Assembly (NCBI GenBank): GCA_963721805.1
Contig: CAVRJY010000002.1
Coordinates: 352,001-416,000, forward strand
Direction: 5' to 3'
Length of the DNA stretch: 64,000 bases
From: Nitrospirota bacterium
GTDB lineage: Bacteria > Nitrospirota > Thermodesulfovibrionia > Thermodesulfovibrionales > JdFR-86
Of this stretch, positions 38,855-49,611 are shown piece after piece. The position numbers and the translations under genes are program-made. Within the stretch, counting starts at the first letter, position 1. Each line of letters begins with the position of its first letter. The notes beneath the pieces are model-generated. The model saw only the letters and a program-made list of their open reading frames with translations. It did not search any database and had not been told where the DNA came from.

Positions 38855-39036
38855 CCCGCGCCTGACGCTGTGAGTTGCACCTTCCTTGAATTCCAGCCTG
38901 AACGGTCGTATAATTAATAGTAGGGTTGCTTGGCGGGCGATGCGGCCATATCGCGTTCGCCCAAGCCTATCTGGTTCGTACGCCGTGCACATACCAGGTT
39001 CCCGCCGCTAAGATGGGAGCCGCAGGTCACCAAAAC

Positions 39037-42000
39037 ATGAAATCAAGACCATACCTCACACGTATCTCGCTGGCTGTCCTGATCCTGTCGGCTTTTCTTG
39101 CCTATGGCACGACCGCCTATTGCGTCCCGGCCTCCCCGTTTAGCAGCGAGGTGACGCAGGCCGACGGCACGAAGGTCAAGGTGCACATCAAGGGCGACGA
39201 GTGGCAGCACCACGTCGAGACGACCGGCGGCTTCACGATCGAGAAAAACGACAAGGACCACAACTGGTATTATGTCGACCACTACGACAAGGGCAAGCCC
39301 GTACTGAGCAATACGCCTGCGCATCTTGGCCCGCCCTCGGGACTGAGGAAGGGCATCCGGCAGGACATCCAGCCCCAGAGGCTAAATCTCAACGCCCCGT
39401 CAGGTTCGTCCTTGTCCTTATCCGTGTCGGGCTCCTCCGGGACCGGTTCGGCAACGGTTTCCGCATCGTCTTCGAACCTCTCGCCGCCCGTTGGGAGCTT
39501 CAACGGCAAGGTCTTGATTATCCTCGCTTCATTCAGCAACAGGGCAGGCACTTATTCCGAGGCGCAATTCGCTAATTACCTGACACAGATAAGCACATAC
39601 TACAATACGGTGACATATGGCAACGTAAAACTCTCTCCGGCCACCGAGACATACGCGCTCAACAACGGCACGGCCAACGACGGCGTCGTAGGCTGGCTGA
39701 ACCTGGGCTATAATTATCCGAACACCCTCTCTAGCAACCAGACCACCGCCAACACCGCTGTCCAGCAGATCGCGCATGACGCGATAACCGCGGCCGAGCC
39801 ATACGTAGACTTCGCCTCGTTCGACACGAACCATGACGGGTACGTGGACTCGACCGAACTCGCGATACTGATAGTAGTTGCCGGCTATGAGGCTTCTTAC
39901 GACAACTCAACTCCGGCCATCTGGGCCAACACCTGGAACCTTGGCGCATATGTCCCGGTCGTGACCGTAAACGGCGTAACCGTGGGTTCCGGCCATAACG
40001 GGCTTTCATACTCCGAGATCGGCGAGATGCAGGGCAGCCACATGGCCACGGTCGGCGTCTCGGCGCACGAACTCGGCCACGAGATGTTCCAGTACCCTGA
40101 CCTCTACGACACCTCAGGGAATACCGAGGGCGACGGCGACTATTCCCTCATGGCAGCCGGAAGCTGGGGGACTTCCAACTCTGACACATACTACGGCCAG
40201 ACCCCGGTTGCGATAGACGCCTATCTCAAGCGCAAGAGCGGCTGGATCACCCCCGTGGCCGGAGCCAGCAGCGTGTCGCTCGAGGCGGTGGGCGATACAT
40301 CCGCGAACGCGACGAACACTGCCGCGATCATCAACACCTCCGCCTCCAACGAGTTTTTTCTCTTCGAGAACCGGGGCGACTTCGGGTATGACCGGGGTTT
40401 CGAGCGGCTGATACCGGGCTTCACCGGCGGGCTCGCGATATGGCACGTCGACACTAACAAGGATACCGGCAGCTATGCCGCCAACAATACCGTCAACACC
40501 GAGGCCTGCTACCCGCCGAACAACTGCGCTACGACTCATTATATGCTCGCGCTCGAACAGGCCGATGGCCACTGGGACCTCGAAAACTCCACGACGACAT
40601 ATCTCTATGACAACCGCGGCGATACCGGGGACCTCTATCCCGGATCGACGAACAATACGATATTCAATTCGACATCAACCCCCAACAGCAACATGTACAG
40701 CGGCGCATCCAGCGGGGTCCATATTTCAGCCGTATCTTCTCCGTCTTCGTCCATAACGATACACTTCAACGATAACCCCGTTACGACTGCCTCGGCCACC
40801 GGATACGCCTTCGGCGCATGGAGCAACTCGGCTTCGGTCGCGGTCACGCTGATCGCAAACGACCTGAGCGGCTTGGGTATCGCGGCCGGGTATCCGAAAT
40901 ACTGCGTCGACAGCTCAAACGCCTGCACGCCCTCGACCTCGTATTCCGGGGCGTTAGACGTGACCTGCGCCTCGGGCAGCGCATGCACGCAGTACGTCCG
41001 GTATTTCGCCCAGGACAACGACGGCGACACCGAGAGCGTAAAGAGTTCGACTGTCAGGCAGGACCTCCAAGCCCCTGCAACCACGCCTTCGGCAACCGGC
41101 TATGCGTTCGGGAACTGGTCGTCCTCGGCCTCGATCAGCGTGACTCTATCGGCAAGCGACGGCGCGGGCTCTGGCGTGGCGTCCGGTTATCCGAGATACT
41201 GCATCGACAGCTCGAATGCCTGCACGCCTTCCACGCCTTATTCCGTGGCGCTTAACGTGACATGCCCGGCAGGCGGAGTCTGCACCCAGTACGTTCGGTA
41301 CTACGCCCAGGACACTCAAGGAAACGCGGAGGCCGTGAAAAGCTCGACCGTGAACCAGGACCTCCAACCCCCGGTCACCACTGCCACGCCATCGGGCTAC
41401 GCGTTTGGAAGCTGGGGCTCCTCTGGCTCGATAAGCATAACTCTGTCGTCTGACGACGGCGCGGGATCGGGCGTGGCCTCGGGCTACCCGAGGTACTGCG
41501 TCGATACAGCGAATACCTGCACGCCAGTGACCGCATATTCGGTCCCGTTTAACGTCACCTGCGCCTCGGGCAGCCTCTGCACCCAGTACGTGCGGTACTT
41601 CGCGAGGGACGTAGCGAGCATCAACGAGGCCGTCAAGAGCTCGGTCGTCAAGCAGGACGGCCAGCCGCCTGCTACCTCGGCCTCCTCGGCCGGGTATACT
41701 TTCGGAACCATTTCGCACTCCGGTTCGGTCGGCGTTACGCTTGCGGCGTCTGACGGGGCCGGCTCTGGAGTCGCCGCGGGCTATCCGGTATACTGCGTGG
41801 ATATTACGAACACATGCGCCCCGGGGACCGCATATTCCGGCGCGATCAGCGTGACATGCGCGGCCGGGATCGCCTGCACTCAATACGCGCGGTACTATTC
41901 CGTCGACAATGCCGGGAACGCCGAGGCAACCAAGAGTTCAGCCGTGATACAGACCGTGCCGCTGGAAGTTGGTTCGGTCAGCATCAATAACGGTGCAACA

Positions 42001-43500
42001 TATACCACTAGCAAATCCGTCAGCTTACGCCTGTATGCGACTGACAACGTACCGATCACGGGTTACTACAAGTCCAACTCGGCCACTCCTCCGGGCGCGA
42101 AGGCGAACTGGAAGTCCGTGACGCCGGCCACGATCATCAACACGACCGTAAGCCATAAGCTGGCCGGGACTGCTGGGACTAACACGGTCTACGTATGGTT
42201 CAAAGACAGCGCAGGGAGCATCTCGGCCGTGGCCTCCGATTCGATCATTTATGACAAGAGCGCGCCGGTCAACGGGACGGTGGCCGCTACGCCCGGCAAC
42301 GGGCTGGTGCAGCTTGCGTGGAGCGGGTACAGCGACGCGCTTAGTAATATAGCGGGCTACAAGATAGCCTTCGCAACCGGCAAAAAGGCCCCGAAGAACT
42401 GCTCGAATGCCCAGTTTACGACCACGGATACCTCGTACGCCCACACCGGGCTTACGATGGGCAAAAAATATTCTTATCGCGTCTGCGCGGTAAACGGCGC
42501 TGGCAAAGTCTCTAAGGGCGCCACTAAGAGCGCGACCGTGAAGGCCGACCTCGTGGGCACGTGGGTGATGCACGAGATCAACACCGACGGGATATCCAAC
42601 ACGATAGGCACTTGGTCGGGGGCCCAGTTCGCTGTGAACTCCGCAAGCGCGGTGGCATGCTCGAGCTATCGTGACGGCACCGGGGGTGCCAGCTGCAGCG
42701 CGTTTGAAGGCGGCTCGGGGCTGATGCTGAACCCCGACGGGACGCTCCACATCGCGGCCTCATCGGGCGGCGGGCTGATCAAGAAGACGAACAACATGAT
42801 GGCGTGGGTCGCGACGGACGGAAGCTCGGGGCTTGACATGATGCTGCTTACGAAACTCGGGGCGTCATACTCCATAGCGAACGCGGCCGGGACATGGGTT
42901 GGGTATGGCATAAACGCGGACCCCAACTATGCGAAGTGGTACGGTCTGGGGCAGATAATCAACTCTACAGGGGCCGCGGCGTGCACCGGGTATGCTGACA
43001 GCAACGGGGGCACGGACTGCGCGGACTGGGGCATAGGCAATTACCCCATCATGACGAACGGCGTCGTAAACGGCATCGTAAACGGCACAGGGGTGATGAA
43101 CGCAAACAAGGACGTGATGACGGTAGTGCGCAGCGCACCCACCGGGGGGTATGAGCTTGCGGTGCTGACGAAGGCCGGCGGGACGTTTGCGCAGGCAGAC
43201 ATGGCAGGGACCTGGATGGCGTACGGGATAAAGGTGAGCGCGGACGCGCCGCTGTGGTATTACGTCAAGCAGACGATAGACTCGCTCGGCAACGCGACGT
43301 GCGTTGCGTATCAGGACAGCGCCGGGGTGACGGACTGCGGGGGGTGGAACGGGCTTGCGTACCTGCTCGGCACTGACGGAGCGATCACGGGCCTGTCATC
43401 CGGCGGCGGGGTGATGAACCCCGGCAAGGACATGATGACATGGGTGACGGACGACGGCGCGGGCGGATACGACCTCATCATTTTTGAGAGGATGCAGTGA
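39037..43500 (+). CDS. Secreted M6-family (immune inhibitor A-like) metalloprotease with tandem Cys-rich repeats, an FN3-like domain and C-terminal repeats
   Basis: Signal peptide from ATG 39037, QADG..KGDE propeptide, HELGH..PDLYD and SLMAAGSWG. The ORF is open from 38926. Confidence 0.85.
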   Translation: MKSRPYLTRISLAVLILSAFLAYGTTAYCVPASPFSSEVTQADGTKVKVHIKGDEWQHHVETTGGFTIEKNDKDHNWYYVDHYDKGKPVLSNTPAHLGPPSGLRKGIRQDIQPQRLNLNAPSGSSLSLSVSGSSGTGSATVSASSSNLSPPVGSFNGKVLIILASFSNRAGTYSEAQFANYLTQISTYYNTVTYGNVKLSPATETYALNNGTANDGVVGWLNLGYNYPNTLSSNQTTANTAVQQIAHDAITAAEPYVDFASFDTNHDGYVDSTELAILIVVAGYEASYDNSTPAIWANTWNLGAYVPVVTVNGVTVGSGHNGLSYSEIGEMQGSHMATVGVSAHELGHEMFQYPDLYDTSGNTEGDGDYSLMAAGSWGTSNSDTYYGQTPVAIDAYLKRKSGWITPVAGASSVSLEAVGDTSANATNTAAIINTSASNEFFLFENRGDFGYDRGFERLIPGFTGGLAIWHVDTNKDTGSYAANNTVNTEACYPPNNCATTHYMLALEQADGHWDLENSTTTYLYDNRGDTGDLYPGSTNNTIFNSTSTPNSNMYSGASSGVHISAVSSPSSSITIHFNDNPVTTASATGYAFGAWSNSASVAVTLIANDLSGLGIAAGYPKYCVDSSNACTPSTSYSGALDVTCASGSACTQYVRYFAQDNDGDTESVKSSTVRQDLQAPATTPSATGYAFGNWSSSASISVTLSASDGAGSGVASGYPRYCIDSSNACTPSTPYSVALNVTCPAGGVCTQYVRYYAQDTQGNAEAVKSSTVNQDLQPPVTTATPSGYAFGSWGSSGSISITLSSDDGAGSGVASGYPRYCVDTANTCTPVTAYSVPFNVTCASGSLCTQYVRYFARDVASINEAVKSSVVKQDGQPPATSASSAGYTFGTISHSGSVGVTLAASDGAGSGVAAGYPVYCVDITNTCAPGTAYSGAISVTCAAGIACTQYARYYSVDNAGNAEATKSSAVIQTVPLEVGSVSINNGATYTTSKSVSLRLYATDNVPITGYYKSNSATPPGAKANWKSVTPATIINTTVSHKLAGTAGTNTVYVWFKDSAGSISAVASDSIIYDKSAPVNGTVAATPGNGLVQLAWSGYSDALSNIAGYKIAFATGKKAPKNCSNAQFTTTDTSYAHTGLTMGKKYSYRVCAVNGAGKVSKGATKSATVKADLVGTWVMHEINTDGISNTIGTWSGAQFAVNSASAVACSSYRDGTGGASCSAFEGGSGLMLNPDGTLHIAASSGGGLIKKTNNMMAWVATDGSSGLDMMLLTKLGASYSIANAAGTWVGYGINADPNYAKWYGLGQIINSTGAAACTGYADSNGGTDCADWGIGNYPIMTNGVVNGIVNGTGVMNANKDVMTVVRSAPTGGYELAVLTKAGGTFAQADMAGTWMAYGIKVSADAPLWYYVKQTIDSLGNATCVAYQDSAGVTDCGGWNGLAYLLGTDGAITGLSSGGGVMNPGKDMMTWVTDDGAGGYDLIIFERMQ
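40778..41960 (+). repeat. Four intragenic 297-bp (99-aa) tandem repeats
   Basis: GY(A/T)FG codons start at 40801, 41098, 41395 and 41692. Each unit carries YC(V/I)D...C.P...Y, VTC..G..CTQY.RY. Confidence 0.9.
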
Positions 43501-43528
43501 GGCGCGCCGCCTGTCGCCGCAGGGACAT

Positions 43529-43879
43529 ATGAGCCTTAAAAGAATGACCACGCGGAGGCGGCTTTATCTGATCGCCGCGTTCGTCCTTCTGGCAGGCCTG
43601 GGCAGCGCCGCCGCAGTTTATCTCACCGCGGGCAGCGACCAGCTTAACGCCCTGGGGTACGAGATCAGAGGCGGAGAGATATACAGCCTCCAGCCGGACA
43701 AGATGTATATCCATAACCTCGAGGTCTATGGCGGGAAGATGGCCGTGCTCGCCGACGAGCTCTCGCGCTGGCTCGCGAGGCTCTGGCACGGCAGGCCTCT
43801 GGCAGCGACCATAGCGTGCATCACCATCGCCGTATCCTCCTGCCTCGTATTCGCCGCAACCCGAACCCGTGACTCGTAA
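43529..43879 (+). CDS. Small two-TM hypothetical membrane protein
   Basis: Two hydrophobic segments flanking a YGGKMAV loop. Start approximate. Confidence 0.55.
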   Translation: MSLKRMTTRRRLYLIAAFVLLAGLGSAAAVYLTAGSDQLNALGYEIRGGEIYSLQPDKMYIHNLEVYGGKMAVLADELSRWLARLWHGRPLAATIACITIAVSSCLVFAATRTRDS

Positions 43880-43974
43880 AATCGTCCGCCCCGTTGCTGA
43901 AGGCCTTTGAGCGGGTAGCGCCCGTGGCGCCCGCCCGTTGACATCGCCCTCGGCCGAGTTTTAACATATTAGCC

Positions 43975-44889
43975 ATGGTACCTAAGACAAAGATGATATG
44001 GATGGACGGGAAGCTGGTCCCCTGGGACGAGGCGACGGTGCACGTGCTGACGCACTCGCTGCACTACGGGCTCGCGGTCTTTGAGGGCATACGCTGCTAC
44101 AAGACCCCGAAGGGCTCTGCCGTATTCCGCCTGAGGGAACACATCGAGCGCCTGGTGAACTCCGGCAGGATATTCATGATGGAGATCCCCTTCAGCGTGG
44201 ACCAGATCTGCGAGGCGGTGCTCGAGACGATACGCGTCAACAAGCTCGATGAGTGCTACATCCGCCCGATAGCCTATATCGGCCTGGGCGCGATGGGCCT
44301 CAACCCGAGGAACAACCCGATCAAGCTCTCGATCTCGGTCTGGCCCTGGGGGGCATACCTCGGCGAGGACGGGATCACCAAGGGCATCCGCGTGAAGACC
44401 TCCTCGTTCATCCGCGCGCACGTCAATACCAACATGACGATGGGCAAGGTCAGCGGCTATTACGTGAACTCGCAGCTGGCCAAGATGGAGGCCCTAGCGT
44501 GCGGCTACGACGAGGCCGTGCTCCTGGACACCGAGGGCTACGTCTCGGAGGGCTCGGGCGAGAACGTGTTCATCGTGCGCGGCGGCAAGCTCAAGACCAC
44601 CCCGCTTACGAGCATACTTGAGGGCATCACGCGCGACTCTGTCATGACCATAGCGCACGACAACGGGATCGCCACGCGCGAGGACCGCTTCACGCGCGAC
44701 GAGGTCTATATCGCCGAGGAGGCGTTCTTCACCGGCACCGCGGCCGAGGTCACGCCGATACGCGAGCTCGACGGCCGCAAAATAGGGACCGGCTCGCGCG
44801 GCCCTGTGACCGAAAAGCTCCAGTCCGCATACTTCGACGCCGTTCACGGCAAGACGAAAAAATATTCCGGGTGGCTCACTAAGCTCTAG
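43975..44889 (+). CDS. ilvE: Branched-chain amino acid aminotransferase
   Basis: [40 protein letters not shown]. Confidence 0.96.
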   Translation: MVPKTKMIWMDGKLVPWDEATVHVLTHSLHYGLAVFEGIRCYKTPKGSAVFRLREHIERLVNSGRIFMMEIPFSVDQICEAVLETIRVNKLDECYIRPIAYIGLGAMGLNPRNNPIKLSISVWPWGAYLGEDGITKGIRVKTSSFIRAHVNTNMTMGKVSGYYVNSQLAKMEALACGYDEAVLLDTEGYVSEGSGENVFIVRGGKLKTTPLTSILEGITRDSVMTIAHDNGIATREDRFTRDEVYIAEEAFFTGTAAEVTPIRELDGRKIGTGSRGPVTEKLQSAYFDAVHGKTKKYSGWLTKL

Positions 44890-44939
44890 GGGGCAGCGCC
44901 CCCGCGCAAATATTCGCGGTGCTAAAGCACCGCTCACTT

Positions 44940-44968
44940 AAAAGGGGCCGATAGGCCCCTTTCCTTTT
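44940..44968 (+). terminator. Intrinsic terminator after ilvE
   Basis: AAAGGGGCC-GATA-GGCCCCTTT followed by CCTTTT. Confidence 0.75.
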
Positions 44969-45058
44969 GTTTGTAACTCTTATCAAAGATTTTGACCGCT
45001 CGCACGATTATGCGGAGGAAACTTAAAGCGCGAGAAATCGTGTCAGACAAGGCAGGGC

Positions 45059-46153
45059 CGCGGATTGTAATGTGAAGTGCAACACCTGTGAAAGAAAAAG
45101 CCCATCGTCATCCTGTTCTGTTAGAGTCAAGTACCAACCAGACGAAACAGAGAGGGAGGGACGATGGGCTACAGTCATTTTAGCATTGATGAGCGGGAGG
45201 GCATCGCAAGGATGCGTTATGCGGGGGTGAGCATACGTGAGATCGGGCGCCAGCTTGGCCGCTCGCCATCGAGCGTGAGCCGGGAGCTGCGGCGCAACAC
45301 GAAGAAGTCTTTCTATGGCGCGCACGCCGCAACCGTGCTCTATGTCCGCCGAAGGCATTTTGCGAGCAGACGCCTGAAGCGCTGGCCGGACGGCCTGATC
45401 GGCTATGCGATGGCGGGACTTTGCAGGCGTTGGTCGCCGGAGCAGGTGTCGGGCCGCCTTAAGCTTGACCATCCACATAGCACAGAGATGCGGATATCCT
45501 TTGCCACGCTATACAGATGGATACGGCAGGACAGGGCGATGGGGGGCTCGATGCATCGCATGCTGAGGCGTAAGGGAAGGAGCTACAGAAAAGCCCGGGG
45601 GCCTGAGACCAGGGGCCGGTTCAATGGGGCGTTGAGCATCAGGCAGCGCCCCGAGATCGTGGTCCGGAAGGGACGCTTCGGGGATTGGGAGGCGGATACC
45701 GTCTACGGGTTCGACGGGAAAACGTGCATCGCAACGTTTAACGAGCGCAAGAGCCTCTACCTTATATCGAGGAAGATGCCGAGGCCCGGCTCGGAGGCGT
45801 TGAGGGAGGCCGCCGTATCGGCGCTGGGAGGCCTGCGGCAGGGCATGCGTATGACCATGACCGTGGACAGGGGCAGCGAGTTTGCATGCTACAGGGACTT
45901 AAAATACATGATGGGGATCGACGTATACTTCGCCGACCCCTATTGCTCATGGCAGCGCGGCCAGAACGAAAACCTCAACGGGCTGCTGCGGCAGTACTTT
46001 CCGAAGGGGATCGACTTCAACACAGTAACGCAGGAGCAGCTGGATCGCGTCGTTGATGAGATTAACAACAGACCAAGAAAAACGCTGGACTACAGGGCAC
46101 CCGCCGAGGTTGCGGCAAATGCGCGCCTGTTGCACTTGGCTTGACAATCCACT
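45059..46153 (+). mobile_element. IS30-family insertion sequence, copy 2 (1095 bp), 2-bp GC target duplication
   Basis: Same IRs and transposase as copy 1. Removing the IS and one GC restores CAAGGCAGGGCGAGAAGACC as in copy D. Confidence 0.93.
45164..46144 (+). CDS. IS30-family transposase (same translation as 15216..16196)
   Basis: Identical 326-aa translation in the ORF track. Confidence 0.96.
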   Translation: MGYSHFSIDEREGIARMRYAGVSIREIGRQLGRSPSSVSRELRRNTKKSFYGAHAATVLYVRRRHFASRRLKRWPDGLIGYAMAGLCRRWSPEQVSGRLKLDHPHSTEMRISFATLYRWIRQDRAMGGSMHRMLRRKGRSYRKARGPETRGRFNGALSIRQRPEIVVRKGRFGDWEADTVYGFDGKTCIATFNERKSLYLISRKMPRPGSEALREAAVSALGGLRQGMRMTMTVDRGSEFACYRDLKYMMGIDVYFADPYCSWQRGQNENLNGLLRQYFPKGIDFNTVTQEQLDRVVDEINNRPRKTLDYRAPAEVAANARLLHLA

Positions 46154-46268
46154 GCGAGAAGACCGCCCGACGGTGTACTGAGATGTACTCCGAGGGCGTG
46201 TCTTTGAAGCACTGACGCAGTATCACGCGCATTTCGCACGCTTTGAAAAAGGATACCGCAACCGCACG

Positions 46269-47921
46269 CTAAATTTTGAATCCTTCCATGGTGGTTTTTA
46301 AGGTGTGGGCCGTCGTTGAAAGCTCCGACGCCGACTGCGCTATCTGCACCGTGCCTGACGACACCTCGCGCGACGAATCCGCTATGCTCGATACGTCGGT
46401 GCCTATCGTCCCGGCGACCGAGGACATCTCCTCGGTGGCCGAGGCTATCTGCTGCACGAGCCCCTGCAGGTCGCTGATGCTCGATACGATATGCTTAAGC
46501 TGCTGTCCGGCCTTTATCGACAGCTCTACGCCCGTGTCGACCTTCGTGATAGCGCCCTTCATCGAGCCGACCGACTCGTCGACCTCGCGCTGGATCGAGG
46601 CGATCATGCCGCCGATCTCCGAGGTCGCGCGCGCGGTGCGCTCGGCGAGCTTCCTTACCTCGTCCGCGACGACCGCGAAGCCGCGGCCCTGCTCCCCCGC
46701 GCGCGCTGCCTCGATGGCCGCGTTTAATGCCAGCAGGTTCGTCTGGTCTGCGATGTCGTTGATGACCTTGACGATCTCGCCGATCTGCTTCGAGCGCTCG
46801 TGCAGCGAGCCGATCACCTTCGAGGTGCCGCTTACGGCGGTCGCGATCTCCCTTATCTCTTTGACCGAGGCCTCGACTATGTGGTCGCCCTCCCGGGCCT
46901 GGTTGACGGTATTTTCGGCGCTCTCGGCGATGCCCGATGCGTTGTGCGCCACGTCCATCACGGTCTGCGTGAGCTGCTCGGCGGCGGTCGCTATCTGCTG
47001 TGAGCGCCCGGACTGGTCGTGCGACGTCGCGGATATCTCCTCGGAGCTGGAGCTGAGCTGGGTGCTGGCCGAGGCCATGGTATCGGAGGCTGACTTGATC
47101 TGGCCGAGCACGCCCCTGAGCTTCCCGGTCATATGCATCATCGCGCGCACGAGCTGGCTGATCTCGTCAGTGCCGGTAGAGTCGATCCTCACGGTGAGGT
47201 TGCCCTCCGCTATCAGCTCGGCGGCGGCTACGCTGGCGTGCAGGGGCTTCACTATGCCGCGCGTGAGCACCGCTGCCGTGACGATAGCGATTATTATTAT
47301 CAGCGCCGCCATCACGCCCAGGGCTACGAGCGACCTGCGGTAGCTTGCCTGCGCGTTATTGAAGCCCAGGTCGCTCATCTCTCGCTCGAAGTCCGAGAGG
47401 CCCTGCAGGGTGTCGATGAGATCGCCCACGGCCGGAGCGGCCTCGTCGTTTAAGAGCGCGGCGGCCTCCCTGGTGTTGCCGGAGCGGCAGAGCTCGATCA
47501 CCTGGTTGTTGAGCGGCCCGGCCTTGAGCTGCTCTTCCCTGACCTTCGCGATAATGGCCTCGGCCCTGCTTTTCGCCCCTGCCAGAGACTTGTCGTTCGA
47601 GACAAGCCCGAGGGCCTCGAGCTTATCGAAATTCTTGTTGTATACGGCCCGCCGGGCCGCTATCCTCTGGATGCCGGCCTCGACGCCGGCGGGATCGGGA
47701 TTCAGCACGAGGTCGCGGATCATCACCGCGACGTCCCTGATCACCGAGGTCATCTCGGTGACCGCCCGGACCCGGTCGTTGTTCACCGTTACGATGGCGT
47801 CGAGGTCTTTGTGGATACTGCGAATCCCATGGACTCCCACCGCTATGAGCGCGAACATAAGCACAACGAGCAGCGCGAATCCAGCGCTGAGCCTATAGCC
47901 GATCTTCATCCGTTGCAGCAT
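46269..47921 (-). CDS. Methyl-accepting chemotaxis protein
   Basis: Two TM segments, a four-helix sensor domain, HAMP and [38 protein letters not shown]. Start ATG 47921. Confidence 0.95.
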   Translation of the reverse strand: MLQRMKIGYRLSAGFALLVVLMFALIAVGVHGIRSIHKDLDAIVTVNNDRVRAVTEMTSVIRDVAVMIRDLVLNPDPAGVEAGIQRIAARRAVYNKNFDKLEALGLVSNDKSLAGAKSRAEAIIAKVREEQLKAGPLNNQVIELCRSGNTREAAALLNDEAAPAVGDLIDTLQGLSDFEREMSDLGFNNAQASYRRSLVALGVMAALIIIIAIVTAAVLTRGIVKPLHASVAAAELIAEGNLTVRIDSTGTDEISQLVRAMMHMTGKLRGVLGQIKSASDTMASASTQLSSSSEEISATSHDQSGRSQQIATAAEQLTQTVMDVAHNASGIAESAENTVNQAREGDHIVEASVKEIREIATAVSGTSKVIGSLHERSKQIGEIVKVINDIADQTNLLALNAAIEAARAGEQGRGFAVVADEVRKLAERTARATSEIGGMIASIQREVDESVGSMKGAITKVDTGVELSIKAGQQLKHIVSSISDLQGLVQQIASATEEMSSVAGTIGTDVSSIADSSREVSSGTVQIAQSASELSTTAHTLKTTMEGFKI

Positions 47922-48127
47922 CGTGCCCCCCCGGCCGCTGTCATTAGTTAACTGTATGTTAGAGCGCAGAACGTTGGATGTCAATAGATTGTTCGGAAGC
48001 GGGCGGCCGCACCCTCTCCCCCCCCGCTCCGAATCAGTGCATTCGGCCGCTTAGGGCTATCCATGAGCCGTGCGCTCCCGGGGGCGTTGCTTATTTATGT
48101 TATAACGGGCTTATTTCACGCGCGCAT

Positions 48128-49270
48128 ATGATAGAATTATCGATGTTTTCAGGCGGGCTCAGGAGGCTGAAAGACGCGGGACTGCTGCGGACGCTCACGG
48201 AGCGGGCCTCGGCGCAGGGGCCGCACATAACCGCAGGCGGACGCGAGCTCATAAACTTCGCATCCAACGACTACCTTGGCCTCGCCTCGGACCCGAGGCT
48301 CATCGATGCAGCATGCAGGGCGGCCGAGCGCTATGGCTTCGGCGCGGGGGCATCGAGGCTGCTTGGCGGCGGCACACCCGCGCACGCACAGTGCGAGCGC
48401 CGCGCCGCGCGGCTTAAGGGCTCGGAGGCCGCGCTGCTGTTCGGCTCGGGCTACGAGGCCAACACCGGAGCGATACCGGCCCTCGCGGCCGGCGAGATAT
48501 TCAGCGACGAGCTCAATCACGCGAGCATCATCGACGGCTGCCGCCTCGCGCGTGGCCGCACGCATATCTACCGCCACCGTGACATGGGACACCTGGCCGA
48601 GCTGCTGTCCTCATCTGGCGCAGCCAGAAAGCTCGTAGTGACCGATACGGTCTTCAGCATGAGCGGCGAGATCGCGCCTGTACGGGAACTCTGCGCGCTA
48701 TGCGAGCTGCATGGCGCGGTGCTGTATCTGGACGACGCGCACGCAACCGGGGTGCTCGGCGCCGGGGCGCTCGCCCACTTCGGGCTGCGCGCCCAAGACT
48801 GGGTCGTGCAGATGTCGACCTGCTCCAAGGCCCTCGGCGGGCAGGGTGCGTTCGTCGCTGCATCGGCTGATACCGTAAGCTGGCTGGTAAACTCGGCCCG
48901 CAGCTTCATCTACTCGACAGCGCCATCGCCCGCGGCGGCGGCAGCGGCACTGGCCGCGATAGAAATTTTAATGTCTGCCGAGGGCGAGCGCCTGATGGAA
49001 AGGCTCCATGACAACCGCGGTGCGCTGACAGACAAGCTGCAACGGGCTGGCATAAGCGCCGCCTCAGCCGGGACGCCGATAATACCGGTCTTCATAGGAG
49101 GCATCGAGCGGACAGTGGCTGCAGCCGCGGCCCTTATGGAGCGCGGGATATACGCCCCCGCGATCCGGCCCCCGACCGTTGCCGCGCCGATGATACGCCT
49201 GACCGTCACCGCGGCGCACTCCTCCGGGGATATCGATACCCTCGTCCGCGCGCTGGGCGAGACTCTATAG
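48128..49270 (+). CDS. bioF: 8-amino-7-oxononanoate synthase
   Basis: FASNDYLGL, GAGASRL, DELNHASIIDG, DDAHATG, SKALG, IRPPTV. Start approximate. Confidence 0.9.
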   Translation: MIELSMFSGGLRRLKDAGLLRTLTERASAQGPHITAGGRELINFASNDYLGLASDPRLIDAACRAAERYGFGAGASRLLGGGTPAHAQCERRAARLKGSEAALLFGSGYEANTGAIPALAAGEIFSDELNHASIIDGCRLARGRTHIYRHRDMGHLAELLSSSGAARKLVVTDTVFSMSGEIAPVRELCALCELHGAVLYLDDAHATGVLGAGALAHFGLRAQDWVVQMSTCSKALGGQGAFVAASADTVSWLVNSARSFIYSTAPSPAAAAAALAAIEILMSAEGERLMERLHDNRGALTDKLQRAGISAASAGTPIIPVFIGGIERTVAAAAALMERGIYAPAIRPPTVAAPMIRLTVTAAHSSGDIDTLVRALGETL

Positions 49271-49480
49271 CGCCGCGAGCCTGGCTTCGACCTCTGCGAT
49301 CTCGGCCCTGAGGTCCGAGAGCGTCTCTTCGTCGGTCGCGACCTGCCCGGCGTTTATGTGCGCCCTCGTGTGCGTGAAGTTAAACTCAATCGTCTCCTGG
49401 ATGTCCTCGAGGTCGAGCCTCAGCCTCCTGAGCGCCTCCTCGAGCCCCGCCCTGTCCATCGACGCGTAATCCCTGGCCAT
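49265..49480 (-). CDS. Small acidic coiled-coil hypothetical protein
   Basis: 71-aa ORF with GGAGG SD and an upstream TATAAT. Confidence 0.55.
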   Translation of the reverse strand: MARDYASMDRAGLEEALRRLRLDLEDIQETIEFNFTHTRAHINAGQVATDEETLSDLRAEIAEVEARLAAL

Positions 49481-49611
49481 CGAGCCCTCCGTGAAATCGT
49501 TGTTTTCTAATTATAGCTCAAACAATCCGGGTGCCTTTGTCCCTGTTTTTTGTTAATATAACTAACCATATGTATTACGCCTTAAAAACCATAAACAGCA
49601 AGTAAGGGGAA

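Larger units (their letters stand above)
45025..46244 (+). repeat. Hairpin repeat copy E, split by IS30 after 45058 (TTGACC at 44992-44997)
   Basis: AAAGCGCGAGAAATCGTGTCAGACAAGGCAGGGC|IS30|GCGAGAAGACCGCCC...ACGCAGTATCACGCGCATTTCGCACGCTTT. Confidence 0.9.
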
